NCBI GenBank assembly: GCA_965240325.2 | Contig: OZ251249.1 | Coordinates: 1-64,000 of the forward strand | Direction of reading: 5' to 3' | DNA length: 64,000 bases | Source of the DNA: Rebecca billardiae RCC1528 | Taxonomy: Eukaryota > Protista > Haptophyta | Part shown: positions 25,301 to 37,761 of the stretch, piece after piece | How positions within the stretch are numbered: the first letter of the stretch is position 1 | Layout: each line of letters starts with the position of its first letter | Notes under the pieces: generated by a model | The model's input: only the letters and a program-made list of their open reading frames with translations | Databases searched by the model: none | Told to the model about the DNA's origin: nothing | Made by a program: the position numbers and the translations under genes

Positions 25301-28300
25301 GCCGAGCTCGGGCGCGCGCGCGCCGAGCGCGGCCACGCCCGCCGCGCCGAGCGCCGTGGCGTTGGGCGCGCCGAGCGGCGCGACCGAGACCAGCCGCCAC
25401 GCGAAGCCGAGCGCGCCGCCCGCGCCGCACGCCGCCGCCTCGGCGTGCAGCAGCAGCTCCGCGCCCGCGCGCGCGCCGCGCACCGCCGGGCCGGCGATCG
25501 CCAGCCGCGGCGCGCGCGCGGCCGGGCGGCGCACGACGTGCGTCGCGGGCGCAGACACGAGGCCGAGCAGTGAGGAGCGCACGCGCAGCGCGACGGTGAA
25601 GTCGCCCGCGCCGGGCAGCGGCGCCGCGCCGCCCGCGCCGAGCGTGAGCGTGGGCGTGCGCGGCGGCAGCGCCGCGAGCGCCGCGTTCGCCGCCTCGGCC
25701 GCGCCGCCGTCCTCCGAGGCGGGCGGCACCAGCCGCCACTCAAAGTCGAGCGGCACGACGCCGCCGCCGCTCGAGCCGCTGCCGTCGAGCGTCACGCTGC
25801 CGTCCGCGTCGGCGCCGCACGCGGAGGAGAGCGCCGCCGGCCCCGAGAGCGCCGCGAGCGGCGCGGCGCACGCGCCGCCGCCGCCGCCATCAGCCGCGCC
25901 GAGCTCGCACGGCGCGTCCGCGTCGATCGCGACGGCGGCGGCGGGCGCGAGCAGCGACGGCTCGGCGCACGGCGCGGGCGCGCACGCGGCGGGCGCGAGC
26001 ACGCCGCCGCGCACGCCGATGCGCGCGCCCGGCCGCGCGAGCGTGCCGCTGCCGAGCTGCGCGACGAGCGTCGAGTCGTCCGCCCAGTAGCAGCGCGGCG
26101 CGGGCGCGGCCGCCGACGCGGCCGGCCCGCGCAGCAGCGCGACCGTGTCGTCGTCGAGCACCGCCTCGCACGGCGCGAGCGCCGAGCCCATGCGCGCGCG
26201 GTCGGTCGGCTGCTGCCCAAACCACACGCGCACGACGCTCAGCGCACTGTCGAACGCCGCGCCGAGCGGCTCGGGCGCGTGCAGCCCGAGAAACTCGAAC
26301 CACGCGCCGCCCTCGGCGCCACCCTCGGCGCCGCCGGGCGCGGGCTCGTACTGCCCGCCGCCGTTGAGCGAGACGCGCACCGCAGCGCGCCCCTCCGCCG
26401 ATGGCGGCGTGCGCACGCGCGCGTGCGTGCCATTGGCCCACTCGGCCGGCACGGGGGCAGCGCCGGCGCCGAACGCAAAGGCCAGCGCGAGGCCCTCGCC
26501 CGCGTCGAGGCCCGCGCCCACCACCGTGACCAGCGTGCCGCCGCGCGCGGGGCCCGAGCGCGGCGCGAGCGCGTGCACGGCCGCCGCGCCGTCCGCGTAC
26601 GCCGTGAAGGGCGCGCCCGAGCGGCTCGTCGTGTTCGCGCGGCCGGCGCCGAGCGAGAGCTCGAGCGCGAGCGTGCGTGGCGGCGCGGAGGGCGCGAGTG
26701 GCAGCGGCGGTAGCGCGCACGCCGCGCGCGCCGTGCCGTTGTCGAGCGGCGAGAGCAGCGCCGCGGGCGCCGCGCAGCCGCCGCCGAGCGCGGGCAGCAC
26801 GCAGCACAGCTCGCCCGCGCCGTACTGCGCAAAGCCAACGCCCTCGAGCGTCACCACCGTGCCGCCGCGCGCCGGGCCGGCCGAAGGGCGCAGCGCGCTC
26901 ACGACGAGCGCGGCCGCGTCGTACAGCTCGAAGCGCAGCACGTCGCCGAAGAGCGTGCGCACGGCGTGCGCGCCGCCGCCCAGCCGCAGCTCGGCCGCGT
27001 ACGACGCCGCGGGCGCGGACGCCGGCAGCAGGCAGCGCGCCATGCGGCCGTCCGCGCCGAGCGCCGCGTCGACGGCGATGGGCGCGGCGGGCGCCGGCGG
27101 CGTGAAGACGCACACGCCGCCGCCGCCCACGCCGACCAGCCCCACGCCGCGGAAGGTGATCTCGTGCGACCCGTCGGCCGCGCCAGGCGAGCCGACCGGC
27201 GCGCCGAGCGGCTGTAGCCCGTCGAGCTGCGCGCGAGCGAGCGAGGGCGGCGGCGGCGGCGGCGGCGGGCTCGGCGGCGGCGAGGGCGGCGATGAGGGCG
27301 GAGGGCGCAGTGGCGGCGCCGGCGGCACGCTGGGCGGTGGCCGCGACGGCGGCTGCGACGGCGGCTGCGTTGGCGGCTGCGAGGGCGGTAGCGAGGGCGG
27401 TAGCGAGGGCGGTAGTGACGGCGGCTGCGAGGGCGGTAGTGACGGCGGCTGCGAGGGCGGCTGCGAGGGCGGTAGCGAGGGCGGTAGTGACGGCGGCTGC
27501 GAGGGCGGTGGTGACGGCGGCTGCGAGGGCGGCTGCGAGGGCGGTAGCGAGGGCGGCTGCGAGGGCGGCTGCGACGGCGGCTGCAAGGGCGGTGGTGACG
27601 GCGGCACTGACGGCAGAACGCTCGGTGGCAGTTGCAACTGCGGCAGTGCTGGCGGGGGCGACGGTGGTGGCGACGGTGGCGGGCTCGGTGGCGGCGGTGC
27701 AGGTGGCGGGCTCGGTGGCGGGCTCGGCGGCAGAATCGGTGGCGGCGGCGGCGGTGGCGGGCTCGAAGGTGGGCTCTGCGGCGGCGGCGCAGGTGGTGGA
27801 CTCGGTGGCAGGCTCGGCGGCGGGCTCGGTGGCGGCGGCGCAGGTGGCGGGCTCGGAGGCGGGCTCGGCGGCGAGCTCGGTGGCGGCGGCGCAGGTGGCG
27901 GCGATGGAGGCGGGCTCGGCGGCGGGCTTGGTGGCGGCGGCGCAGGTGGCGGGCTCGGAGGCGGGCTGGGCGGCGGGCTCGGTGGCGGCGCCGCAGGTGG
28001 CGGGCTCGGAGGCGGGCTGGGCGGCGGGCTCGGTGGCGGCGGCGCAGGTGGCGGCGAAGGAGGCGGGCTCGGCGGCGGGCTCGGTGGCGGCGGCGCAGGT
28101 GGCGGGCTCGGAGGCGGGCTGGGCGGCGGGCTCGGTGGCGGCGGCGCAGGTGGCGGCGAAGGAGGGGGGCTCGGCGGCGGGCTCGGTGGCGGCGGCGCAG
28201 GTGGCGGGCTCGGAGGCGGGCTGGGCGGCGGGCTGGGTGGCGGCGGCGCAGGTGGCGGCGATGGAGGCGGGCTCAGCGGCGGGCTCGGTGGCGGCGGCGC

Positions 28301-31300
28301 AGGTGGCGGGCTCGGAGGCGGGCTGGGCGGCGGGCTGGGTGGCGGCGGCGCAGGTGGCGGCGATGGGGGCGGGCTCAGCGGCGGGCTCGGTGGCGGCGGC
28401 GCAGGTGGCGGGCTCGGAGGCGGGCTGGGCGGCGGGCTCGGTGGCGGCGGCGCAGGTGGCGGCGATGGGGGCGGGCTCAGCGGCGGGCTCGGTGGCGGCG
28501 GCGCAGGTGGCGGCGATGGAGGCGGGCTGGGCGGCGGGCTCGGTGGGGGCGGCGCAGGTGGCGGCGATGGAGGCGGGCTCAGCGGCGGGCTGGGTGGCGG
28601 CATCGCAGGTGGCGGGCTCGGAGGCGGGCTGGGCGGCGGGCTGGGTGGCGGCGGCGCAGGTGGCGGCAATGGAGGCGGGCTCAGCGGCGGGCTCGGTGGC
28701 GGCGGCGCAGGTGGCGGCGAAGGAGACGGGCTGGGCGGCGGGCTGGGTGGCGGCGGCGCAGGTGGCGGGCTCGGAGGCGGGCTGGGCGGCGGGCTCGGTG
28801 GCGGCGGCGCAGGTGGCGGGCTCGGAGGCGGGCTGGGCGGCGGGCTGGGTGGCGGCGGCGCAGGTGGCGGGCTCGGAGGCGGGCTCAGCGGCGGGCTCGG
28901 TGGCGGCGGCGCAGGTGGCGGGCTCGGAGGCGGGCTGGGCGGCGGGCTCGGTGGCGGCGGCGCAGGTGGCGGCGATGGAGGCGGGCTCAGCGGCGGGCTC
29001 GGTGGCGGCGGCGCAGGTGGCGGCGAAGGAGGGGGGCTGGGCGGCGGGCTCGGTGGCGGCGGCGCAGGTGGCTGGCTCTGAGGCGGGCTGGGCGGCGCGC
29101 TCGGTGGCGGCGGCGCAGGTGGCGGGCTCGGAGGCGGGCTCAGCGGCGGGCTCGGTGGCGGCGGCGCAGGTGGCGGCGATGGAGGCGGGCTCGGCGGCGG
29201 GCTCGGTGGGGGCGGCGCAGGTGGCGGGCTCGGAGGCGGGCTGGGCGGCGGGCTCGGTGGCGGCGCCGCAGGTGGCGGGCTCGGAGGCGGGCTGGGCGGC
29301 GGGCTCGGTGGCGGCGGCGCAGGTGGCGGCGAAGGAGGCGGGCTCGGCGGCGGGCTCGGTGGCGGCGGCGCAGGTGGCGGGCTCGGAGGCGGGCTGGGCG
29401 GCGGGCTCGGTGGCGGCGGCGCAGGTGGCGGCGAAGGAGGGGGGCTCGGCGGCGGGCTCGGTGGCGGCGGCGCAGGTGGCGGGCTCGGAGGCGGGCTGGG
29501 CGGCGGGCTGGGTGGCGGCGGCGCAGGTGGCGGCGATGGGGGCGGGCTCAGCGGCGGGCTCGGTGGCGGCGGCGCAGGTGGCGGGCTCGGAGGCGGGCTG
29601 GGCGGCGGGCTCGGTGGCGGCGGCGCAGGTGGCGGCGATGGGGGCGGGCTCAGCGGCGGGCTCGGTGGCGGCGGCGCAGGTGGCGGCGATGGAGGCGGGC
29701 TGGGCGGCGGGCTCGGTGGGGGCGGCGCAGGTGGCGGCGATGGAGGCGGGCTCAGCGGCGGGCTCGGTGGCGGCAGCGCAGGTGGCGGGCTCGGAGGCGG
29801 GCTGGGCGGCGGGCTGGGTGGCGGCGGCGCAGGTGGCGGCAATGGAGGCGGGCTCAGCGGCGGGCTCGGTGGCGGCGGCGCAGGTGGCGGCGAAGGAGAC
29901 GGGCTGGGCGGCGGGCTGGGTGGCGGCGGCGCAGGTGGCGGGCTCGGAGGCGGGCTGGGCGGCGGGCTCGGTGGCGGCGGCGCAGGTGGCGGGCTCGGAG
30001 GCGGGCTGGGCGGCGGGCTGGGTGGCGGCGGCGCAGGTGGCGGCGACGGAGGCTGGCTCAGCGGCGGGCTCGGTGGCGGCGGCGCAGGTGGCGGGCTCGG
30101 AGGCGGGCTGGGCGGCGGGCTGGGTGGCGGCGGCGCAGGTGGCCGCGATGGAGGCGGGCTGGGCGGCGGGCTGGGTGGCGGCGGCGCAGGTGGCGGCGAT
30201 GGAGGCGGGCTCGGCGGCTGGCTCGGTGGCGGCGGCGCAGGTGGCGGGCTCGGAGGCGGGCTGGGCTGCGGGCTGGGTGGCGGCAGCGCAGGTGGCGGCG
30301 ATGGAGGCGGGCTCAGCGGCGGGCTCGGTGGCGGCGGCGCAGGTGGCGGGCTCGGAGGCGGGCTGGGCGGCGGGCTCGGTGGCGGCGGCGCAGGTGGCGG
30401 GCTCGGAGGCGGGCTGGGCGGCGGGCTGGGTGGCGGCAGCGCAGGTGGCGGCGATGGAGGCGGGCTCAGCGGCGGGCTCGGTGGCGGCGGCGCAGGTGGC
30501 GGGCTCGGAGGCGGGCTGGGCGGCGGGCTCGGTGGCGGCGGCGCAGGTGGCGGCGATGGAGGCGGGCTCAGCGGCGGGCTCGGTGGCGGCGGCGCAGGTG
30601 GCGGCGAAGGAGGGGGGCTGGGCGGCGGGCTCGGTGGCGGCGGCACAGGTGGCGGGCTCGGAGGCGGGCTCGGCGGCGGGCTCGGTGGCGGCGGCGCAGG
30701 TGGCGGGCTCGGAGGCGGGCTGGGCGGCGGGCTCGGTGGCGGCGGCGCAGGTGGCGGCGAAGGAGGGGGGCTCGGCGGCGGGCTCGGTGGCGGCGGCGCA
30801 GGTGGCGGGCTCGGAGGCGGGCTGGGCGGCGGGCTGGGTGGCGGCAGCGCAGGTGGCGGCGATGGAGGCGGGCTCAGCGGCGGGCTCGGTGGCGGCGGCG
30901 CAGGTGGCGGGCTCGGAGGCGGGCTGGGCGGCGGGCTCGGTGGCGGCGGCGCAGGTGGCGGCGATGGAGGCGGGCTCAGCGGCGGGCTCGGTGGCGGCGG
31001 CGCAGGTGGCGGCGAAGGAGGGGGGCTGGGCGGCGGGCTCGGTGGCGGCGGCGCAGGTGGCTGGCTCGGAGGCGGGCTGGGCGGCGGGCTCGGTGGCGGC
31101 GGCGCAGGTGGCGGGCTCGGAGGCGGGCTGGGCGGCGCGCTGGGTGGCGGCGGCGCAGGTGGCGGCGATGGAGGCGGGCTCAGCGGCGGGCTCGGTGGCG
31201 GCGGCGCAGGTGGCGGCGAAGGAGGGGGGCTGGGCGGCGGGCTCGGTGGCGGCGGCGCAGGTGGCTGGCTCGGAGGCGGGCTGGGCGGCGGGCTCGGTGG

Positions 31301-34300
31301 CGGCGGCGCAGGTGGCGGGCTCGGAGGCGGGCTGGGCGGCGCGCTGGGTGGCGGCGGCGCAGGTGGCGGCGATGGAGGCGGGCTCAGCGGCGGGCTCGGT
31401 GGCGGCGGCGCAGGTGGCGGGCTCGGAGGCGGGCTGGGCGGCGGGCTGGGTGGCGGCGGCGCAGGTGGCGGCGATGGAGGCGGGCTCAGCGGCGGGCTCG
31501 GTGGCGGCGGCGCAGGTGGCGGCGAAGGAGGCGGGCTCGGCGGCGGGCTCGGTGGCGGCAGCGCAGGTGGCGGCGATGGAGGCGGGCTGGGCGGCGGGCT
31601 CGGTGGCGGCGGCGCAGGTGGCGGCGAAGGAGGCGGGCTTGGCGGCGGGCTCGGTGGCGGCGGCGCAGGTGGCGGGCTCGGAGGCGGGCTCGGCGGCGAG
31701 CTCGGTGGCGGCGGCGCAGGTGGCGGCGAAGGAGGCGGGCTCGCCGGCGGGCTCGGTGGCAGCGGCGCAGGTGGCGGGCTCGGAGGCGGGTTCGGCGGCG
31801 GGCTGGGTGGCGGCGGCGCAGGTGGCGGGCTCGGAGGCGGGCTGGGCGGCGGGCTCGGTGGCGGCGGCGCAGGTGGCGGCGAAGGAGGGGGGCTCGGCGG
31901 CGGGCTCGGTGGCGGCGGCGCAGGTGGCGGGCTCGGAGGCGGGCTGGGCGGCGGGCTGGGTGGCGGCGGCGCAGGTGGCGGCGATGGAGGCGGGCTCAGC
32001 GGCGGGCTCGGTGGCGGCGGCGCAGGTGGCGGGCTCGGAGGCGGGCTGGGCGGCGGGCTGGGTGGCGGCGGCGCAGGTGGCGGCGATGGGGGCGGGCTCA
32101 GCGGCGGGCTCGGTGGCGGCGGCGCAGGTGGCGGCGATGGAGGCGGGCTGGGCGGCGGGCTCGGTGGGGGCGGCGCAGGTGGCGGCGATGGAGGCGGGCT
32201 CAGCGGCGGGCTCGGTGGCGGCGGCGCAGGTGGCGGGCTCGGAGGCGGGCTGGGCGGCGGGCTCGGTGGCGGCAGCGCAGGTGGCGGGCTCGGAGGCGGG
32301 CTGGGCGGCGGGCTGGGTGGCGGCGGCGCAGGTGGCGGCGATGGGGGCGGGCTCAGCGGCGGGCTCGGTGGCGGCGGCGCAGGTGGCGGCGATGGAGGCG
32401 GGCTGGGCGGCGGGCTCGGTGGGGGCGGCGCAGGTGGCGGCGATGGAGGCGGGCTCAGCGGCGGGCTCGGTGGCGGCAGCGCAGGTGGCGGGCTCGGAGG
32501 CGGGCTGGGCGGCGGGCTGGGTGGCGGCGGCGCAGGTGGCGGCAATGGAGGCGGGCTCAGCGGCGGGCTCGGTGGCGGCGGCGCAGGTGGCGGCGAAGGA
32601 GGCGGGCTGGGCGGCGGGCTGGGTGGCGGCGGCGCAGGTGGCGGGCTCGGAGGCGGGCTGGGCGGCGGGCTCGGTGGCGGCGGCGCAGGTGGCGGGCTCG
32701 GAGGCGGGCTGGGCGGCGGGCTGGGTGGCGGCGGCGCAGGTGGCGGCGACGGAGGCTGGCTCAGCGGCGGGCTCGGTGGCGGCGGCGCAGGTGGCGGGCT
32801 CGGAGGCGGGCTGGGCGGCGGGCTGGGTGGCGGCGGCGCAGGTGGCCGCGATGGAGGCGGGCTGGGCGGCGGGCTGGGTGGCGGCGGCGCAGGTGGCGGC
32901 GATGGAGGCGGGCTCGGCGGCTGGCTCGGTGGCGGCGGCGCAGGTGGCGGGCTCGGAGGCGGGCTGGGCGGCGGGCTCGGTGGCGGCGGCACAGGTGGCG
33001 GGCTCGGAGGCGGGCTCGGCGGCGGGCTCGGTGGCGGCGGCGCAGGTGGCGGGCTCGGAGGCGGGCTGGGCGGCGGGCTGGGTGGCGGCGGCGCAGGTGG
33101 CGGCGATGGGGGCGGGCTCAGCGGCGGGCTCGGTGGCGGCGGCGCAGGTGGCGGCGATGGAGGCGGGCTGGGCGGCGGGCTCGGTGGGGGCGGCGCAGGT
33201 GGCGGCGATGGAGGCGGGCTCAGCGGCGGGCTCGGTGGCGGCAGCGCAGGTGGCGGGCTCGGAGGCGGGCTGGGCGGCGGGCTGGGTGGCGGCGGCGCAG
33301 GTGGCGGCAATGGAGGCGGGCTCAGCGGCGGGCTCGGTGGCGGCGGCGCAGGTGGCGGCGAAGGAGGCGGGCTGGGCGGCGGGCTGGGTGGCGGCGGCGC
33401 AGGTGGCGGGCTCGGAGGCGGGCTGGGCGGCGGGCTCGGTGGCGGCGGCGCAGGTGGCGGGCTCGGAGGCGGGCTGGGCGGCGGGCTGGGTGGCGGCGGC
33501 GCAGGTGGCGGCGATGGGGGCGGGCTCAGCGGCGGGCTCGGTGGCGGCGGCGCAGGTGGCGGCGATGGAGGCGGGCTGGGCGGCGGGCTCGGTGGGGGCG
33601 GCGCAGGTGGCGGCGATGGAGGCGGGCTCAGCGGCGGGCTCGGTGGCGGCGGCGCAGGTGGCGGGCTCGGAGGCGGGCTGGGCGGCGGGCTCGGTGGCGG
33701 CAGCGCAGGTGGCGGGCTCGGAGGCGGGCTGGGCGGCGGGCTGGGTGGCGGCGGCGCAGGTGGCGGCGATGGGGGCGGGCTCAGCGGCGGGCTCGGTGGC
33801 GGCGGCGCAGGTGGCGGCGATGGAGGCGGGCTGGGCGGCGGGCTCGGTGGGGGCGGCGCAGGTGGCGGCGATGGAGGCGGGCTCAGCGGCGGGCTCGGTG
33901 GCGGCAGCGCAGGTGGCGGGCTCGGAGGCGGGCTGGGCGGCGGGCTGGGTGGCGGCGGCGCAGGTGGCGGCAATGGAGGCGGGCTCAGCGGCGGGCTCGG
34001 TGGCGGCGGCGCAGGTGGCGGCGAAGGAGGCGGGCTGGGCGGCGGGCTGGGTGGCGGCGGCGCAGGTGGCGGGCTCGGAGGCGGGCTGGGCGGCGGGCTC
34101 GGTGGCGGCGGCGCAGGTGGCGGGCTCGGAGGCGGGCTGGGCGGCGGGCTGGGTGGCGGCGGCGCAGGTGGCGGCGACGGAGGCTGGCTCAGCGGCGGGC
34201 TCGGTGGCGGCGGCGCAGGTGGCGGGCTCGGAGGCGGGCTGGGCGGCGGGCTGGGTGGCGGCGGCGCAGGTGGCCGCGATGGAGGCGGGCTGGGCGGCGG

Positions 34301-37300
34301 GCTGGGTGGCGGCGGCGCAGGTGGCGGCGATGGAGGCGGGCTCGGCGGCTGGCTCGGTGGCGGCGGCGCAGGTGGCGGGCTCGGAGGCGGGCTGGGCGGC
34401 GGGCTCGGTGGCGGCGGCACAGGTGGCGGGCTCGGAGGCGGGCTCGGCGGCGGGCTCGGTGGCGGCGGCGCAGGTGGCGGGCTCGGAGGCGGGCTGGGCG
34501 GCGGGCTCGGTGGCGGCGGCGCAGGTGGCGGCGAAGGAGGGGGGCTCGGCGGCGGGCTCTGTGGCGGCGGCGCAGGTGGCTGGCTCGGAGGCGGGCTGGG
34601 CGGCGGGCTGGGTGGCGGCAGCGCAGGTGGCGGCGATGGAGGCGGGCTCAGCGGCGGGCTCGGTGGCGGCGGCGCAGGTGGCGGGCTCGGAGGCGGGCTG
34701 GGCGGCGGGCTCGGTGGCGGCGGCGCAGGTGGCGGCGATGGAGGCGGGCTCAGCGGCGGGCTCGGTGGCGGCGGCGCAGGTGGCGGCGAAGGAGGGGGGC
34801 TGGGCGGCGGGCTCGGTGGCGGCGGCGCAGGTGGCTGGCTCGGAGGCGGGCTGGGCGGCGGGCTCGGTGGCGGCGGCGCAGGTGGCGGGCTCGGAGGCGG
34901 GTTCGGCGGCGGGCTCGGTGGCGGCGGCGCAGGTGGCGGGCTCGGAGGCGGGCTGGGCGGCGGGCTCGGTGGCAGCGGCGCAGGTGGCGGCGAAGGAGGC
35001 GGGCTCGGCGGCGGGCTCGGTGGCGGCGGCGCAGGTGGCGGAGAAGGAGGCGGGCTCGGCGGCGGGCTTGGCGGTGGCGACGGTGGCGGGCTGGGTGGCT
35101 GGCTCGGCTGTGGGCTCGGCGGCGGAGACGGTGGCGGGCTCGGATGCGGGCTCGGCGGTGGGCTCGGCGGCGAAGACGGTGGCCGGCTCGGAGGCGGGCT
35201 GGGTGGTGGGATCGGAGGGGGCTGCGCGGGTGGCGGCAACGGAGGCGGGCTCGGCGGCTGGCTTGGCGGTGGGCGCGGTGGCGGGCTGGGCTGCGGGCTT
35301 GGCGATGGGCTCGGCGGTGGTGGGCTCGGCGGCAAGCGCGGCGGTGATGGCGGAGGGCTCGGTGGTGGGTGCGGAGGCCGGCTCGGCAGCGGTGAGGGCG
35401 TCGGACGTGGAGGCGCTCGCGTCGGCGGGCTCGGCGGCGGGCTGGGCGATGGGGACGGTGGCGGGCTTGGCGGAGGGCTGGGCGGCGGGCTCGGTGGCGG
35501 GCTCGGCGGCGCGGGCAGCCCGAGGTCGACTCTGGGGAGGCGGTCGCCCATCTCCCCCGGGTTTTTGCCGATGTCCGCCGTGTCGCCTGAGCCGGTCTGC
35601 CCGTCTGTGCCCGCGCCCCAGCTGGCGACCACCACGCCGGGCGCGCGCAGCGGAGCGGCGCAGTGTGTTGTGAGCTTGGCGGCGCGGCGTTGCGCGCGTG
35701 GCGGCGGCGCGAGTGCGCGCGCGCACCACTTGATCTCCTGCCCGCCGTCGAGCACGGCGCACGTGGCGAGCGACGAGGCGGCGATGGCCTCGACCGTGCG
35801 GCCGGTGCCCAGCTGTACTGGTGGGAGCGCGTCCCCCATGTCTGCGGGTGTGACGCCCCTGCTGTCGGTGTCTTCGCTGCCGAGCTGCCCGTCAGAGCCG
35901 AGGCCCCAGCTGCGCGCGCGCGCGGCGCGACGCGTGGCGGGGGCGTGAGCGCACGCTCGATGGCGGCGCCTTCCGAGCCCGCACGTGGGCCACGCGCATC
36001 GCCGCGCACCACTTGAGGCGCGCGTCGTGCATGCGCGCGCAGCTGTGCGAGGTGCCGAGCGCGAGCGCGCTCGCGTTGCCGCCGAGCGCGACGGCCTGCT
36101 GCGGCGTGCGCACTGCGATGGCGTTGTCGTAGTTGCCGAGCTGGTACTTGGAGCCGTCGCCCCAGCACGACACCTGCCCCAGCACGTCGCGCGCGCACGT
36201 GAAAGCCTCGCCCACCGCGAGCTCGAGCGCAGGCAGCGGCAGCGGCACGTACGGCAGAGCGGCGCCCATCTCGCCCGCATCCGCGCCCGCCTTGCTCACA
36301 CCAGCGCCGATGCCGAGCTGGCCGGCGCCGTTGTCGCCCCAGCACTTGACCCCGCCGTTGGAGAGCAGCACGCACGCGTGCGTCGCGAGGTGCAGCTCGA
36401 CGCTCTCCACCGTCGCGTTCGCGTCCGCCCCCGCCGGGTCCGTGAGCCGCACGAACGGCAGCGCGCCGCCCATCTGCTGCGGCTCCGAGCCGCGCCCCGC
36501 CGTGTCCTCGTACCCGAGCTGGCCGTCAGCGTTGGCGCCCCAGCACTTGAGCCCGCTGCTCGCGCCCACGCGCACCAGCGCGCACGTGCTGTACTTGCCG
36601 CAGCGCACCGCGCTCACCGCCGCACCCTCGCCGAGGTCCACGGCCGCAAGCGCGTCGCCCATGCCGTACGCGCCGCCCTCACCCACCTCCGAGCCGTGGC
36701 CCAGGCCGAGCTGCCCGGCGCTGTTCGAGCCCCAGCTGCCCAGCGCGGAGAGTGCGGGGTGCGGGCGTACGGGTCGCGCGTGAGCCGTGCGCCGGCGTCG
36801 CGGCGGGGCCGCGGCAGCGCGTGGCGGCGCGCGAGTGCGCTGTGCGTGCGCGCGCACCAGCGCAGCGAGCTGTCACGCAGCACGGCGCACGTGTGCTCCC
36901 AGCCGGCGGACACGTCCGTCACGCCCGCGCCGCTGGGCAGCTGCACGAACGGCAGGGCTTCGCCCATCGTCTCCGTGCTTCCGCCGCGCGACGCCTTGTC
37001 CCCGTGCCCACTCATCCCCTTGTCACCGTCGCCAAAGCTGCGCGTGCGTGCGTAGGGAGCCGTGCCGAGCGTGCGCGCGCGGTGGGGCGGTCGTGGGTGG
37101 GTGGCACGCGGTCGCGGCCGGTGTGGCGGGACGGAGCACGGCGTGCGCCCGCACCACTTGAGCGCGCCCAGCCCATTGAGCTGTATGAGCACGCAGGTGT
37201 GCCGCCGCCCCATCGCCACGCGCGTGATCTGCGCGCGCGCAAGCGCCTCTGCGCTGAGCACTGAGCCCTCCGCGCTGAGCGCGGGCGGCAGCGCGGCGAG

Positions 37301-37381
37301 TAGCAGAATGGCGAGCGCAGCTAGGCCACGCAGCCCCCACCGCGCTCGGCTCGCGGCCGGCGCGCTGGCGAGCGGGCGCAT
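19334..37381 (-). CDS. Giant polycystin-1/REJ-GPS-like membrane protein: signal peptide, RCC1-like repeats, Ser/Pro stalk, IPT/TIG, PKD/REJ, EGF-like, GPS, ~5 TM segments, EF-hand. Exons 37381-37155, 37037-36858, 36735-36010, 35909-35727, 35621-19334 (~5,867 aa)
   Basis: Hydrophobic leader (LAALAILLLAALPPALS); repeated C[W/F]G..GQLG...MG.ALP.V.L motifs; IPT motifs (LRPSAGPARGGTVVTLEG, LAPRSGPARGGTLVTVVG); REJ motif NRPPHGG...F.L.APGW.D...LPLSY.F; GPS CHWWDE...WSTAGC...CACTHLTDF; EF loop DLDVDGALDSAE; PKD1-like YG..FG...S...EP TM pair. The five exons sum to 17604 nt, a multiple of 3. Further introns in the last exon cannot be excluded. Confidence 0.88.
27780..35080 (-). repeat. Coding minisatellite, 51-bp unit (PPPAPPPPSPPPSPPPS), roughly 140 copies
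   Basis: A rare marker variant 'tggccgcgat' at 30140, 32843 and 34271 is spaced by exact multiples of 51 (53x and 28x). Confidence 0.95.
35622..35726 (-). other. Intron 4 of the giant gene (105 bp, in-frame)
   Basis: AAGTG|GTGCG...GCCAG|CTGGGG; removal restores KCWG. Confidence 0.8.
35910..36009 (-). other. Intron 3 of the giant gene (100 bp)
   Basis: AAGTG|GTGCG...CGCAG|CTGGGG; removal restores KCWG and joins two reading frames. Confidence 0.85.
36736..36857 (-). other. Intron 2 of the giant gene (122 bp)
   Basis: CGCTG|GTGCG...GGCAG|CTGGGG; removal restores RCWG. Confidence 0.85.
37038..37154 (-). other. Intron 1 of the giant gene (117 bp, in-frame)
   Basis: AAGTG|GTGCG...CGCAG|CTTTGG; removal restores KCFG. 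Confidence 0.8.
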
Positions 37382-37761
37382 GAACTCGTTTGTGGTGACG
37401 GCGTGAGTTTGGTGGTGCCGTCGCCTTCCGACCGGTGAGATCGGCCAATCTCGGGTTCGCTCATGGCTTATCTGGTTATCTCCACCGCCATCCGATCGCC
37501 ATCCTTTACATGAGATTCGTCCCACCTATTTGATATTACTATCATACCGGCTTACTTCAACCGCGCCCCTGATCAAGGGCCTTGACCTGATACCGTGTTC
37601 GTGTGCGGCCCGTTGACTGGCTACTTGTACGCGAGCCGCTTATTATCAAATCATCCGACCTCGGCCAATGGGGAAACACATGCGAACCCAGACGATGAAA
37701 ATTGAGCAAGCCGGTACCCCATTACCCATGAGTCATAAGAGCACTGCATCTATCCGATCTA

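Noticed and set aside
19352-25739. Long Arg/Ala-rich antisense and shifted ORFs
   Set aside because: Expected at this GC content over a real gene; no motifs seen.
25890-35762. Alternative-frame giant ORFs (Ala/Thr-rich 3290 aa, AAGS-rich 2793 aa, Arg/Trp-rich 2571 aa)
   Set aside because: They are shadows of a stop-free 51-bp repeat; only the Pro/Ser frame connects recognisable domains.
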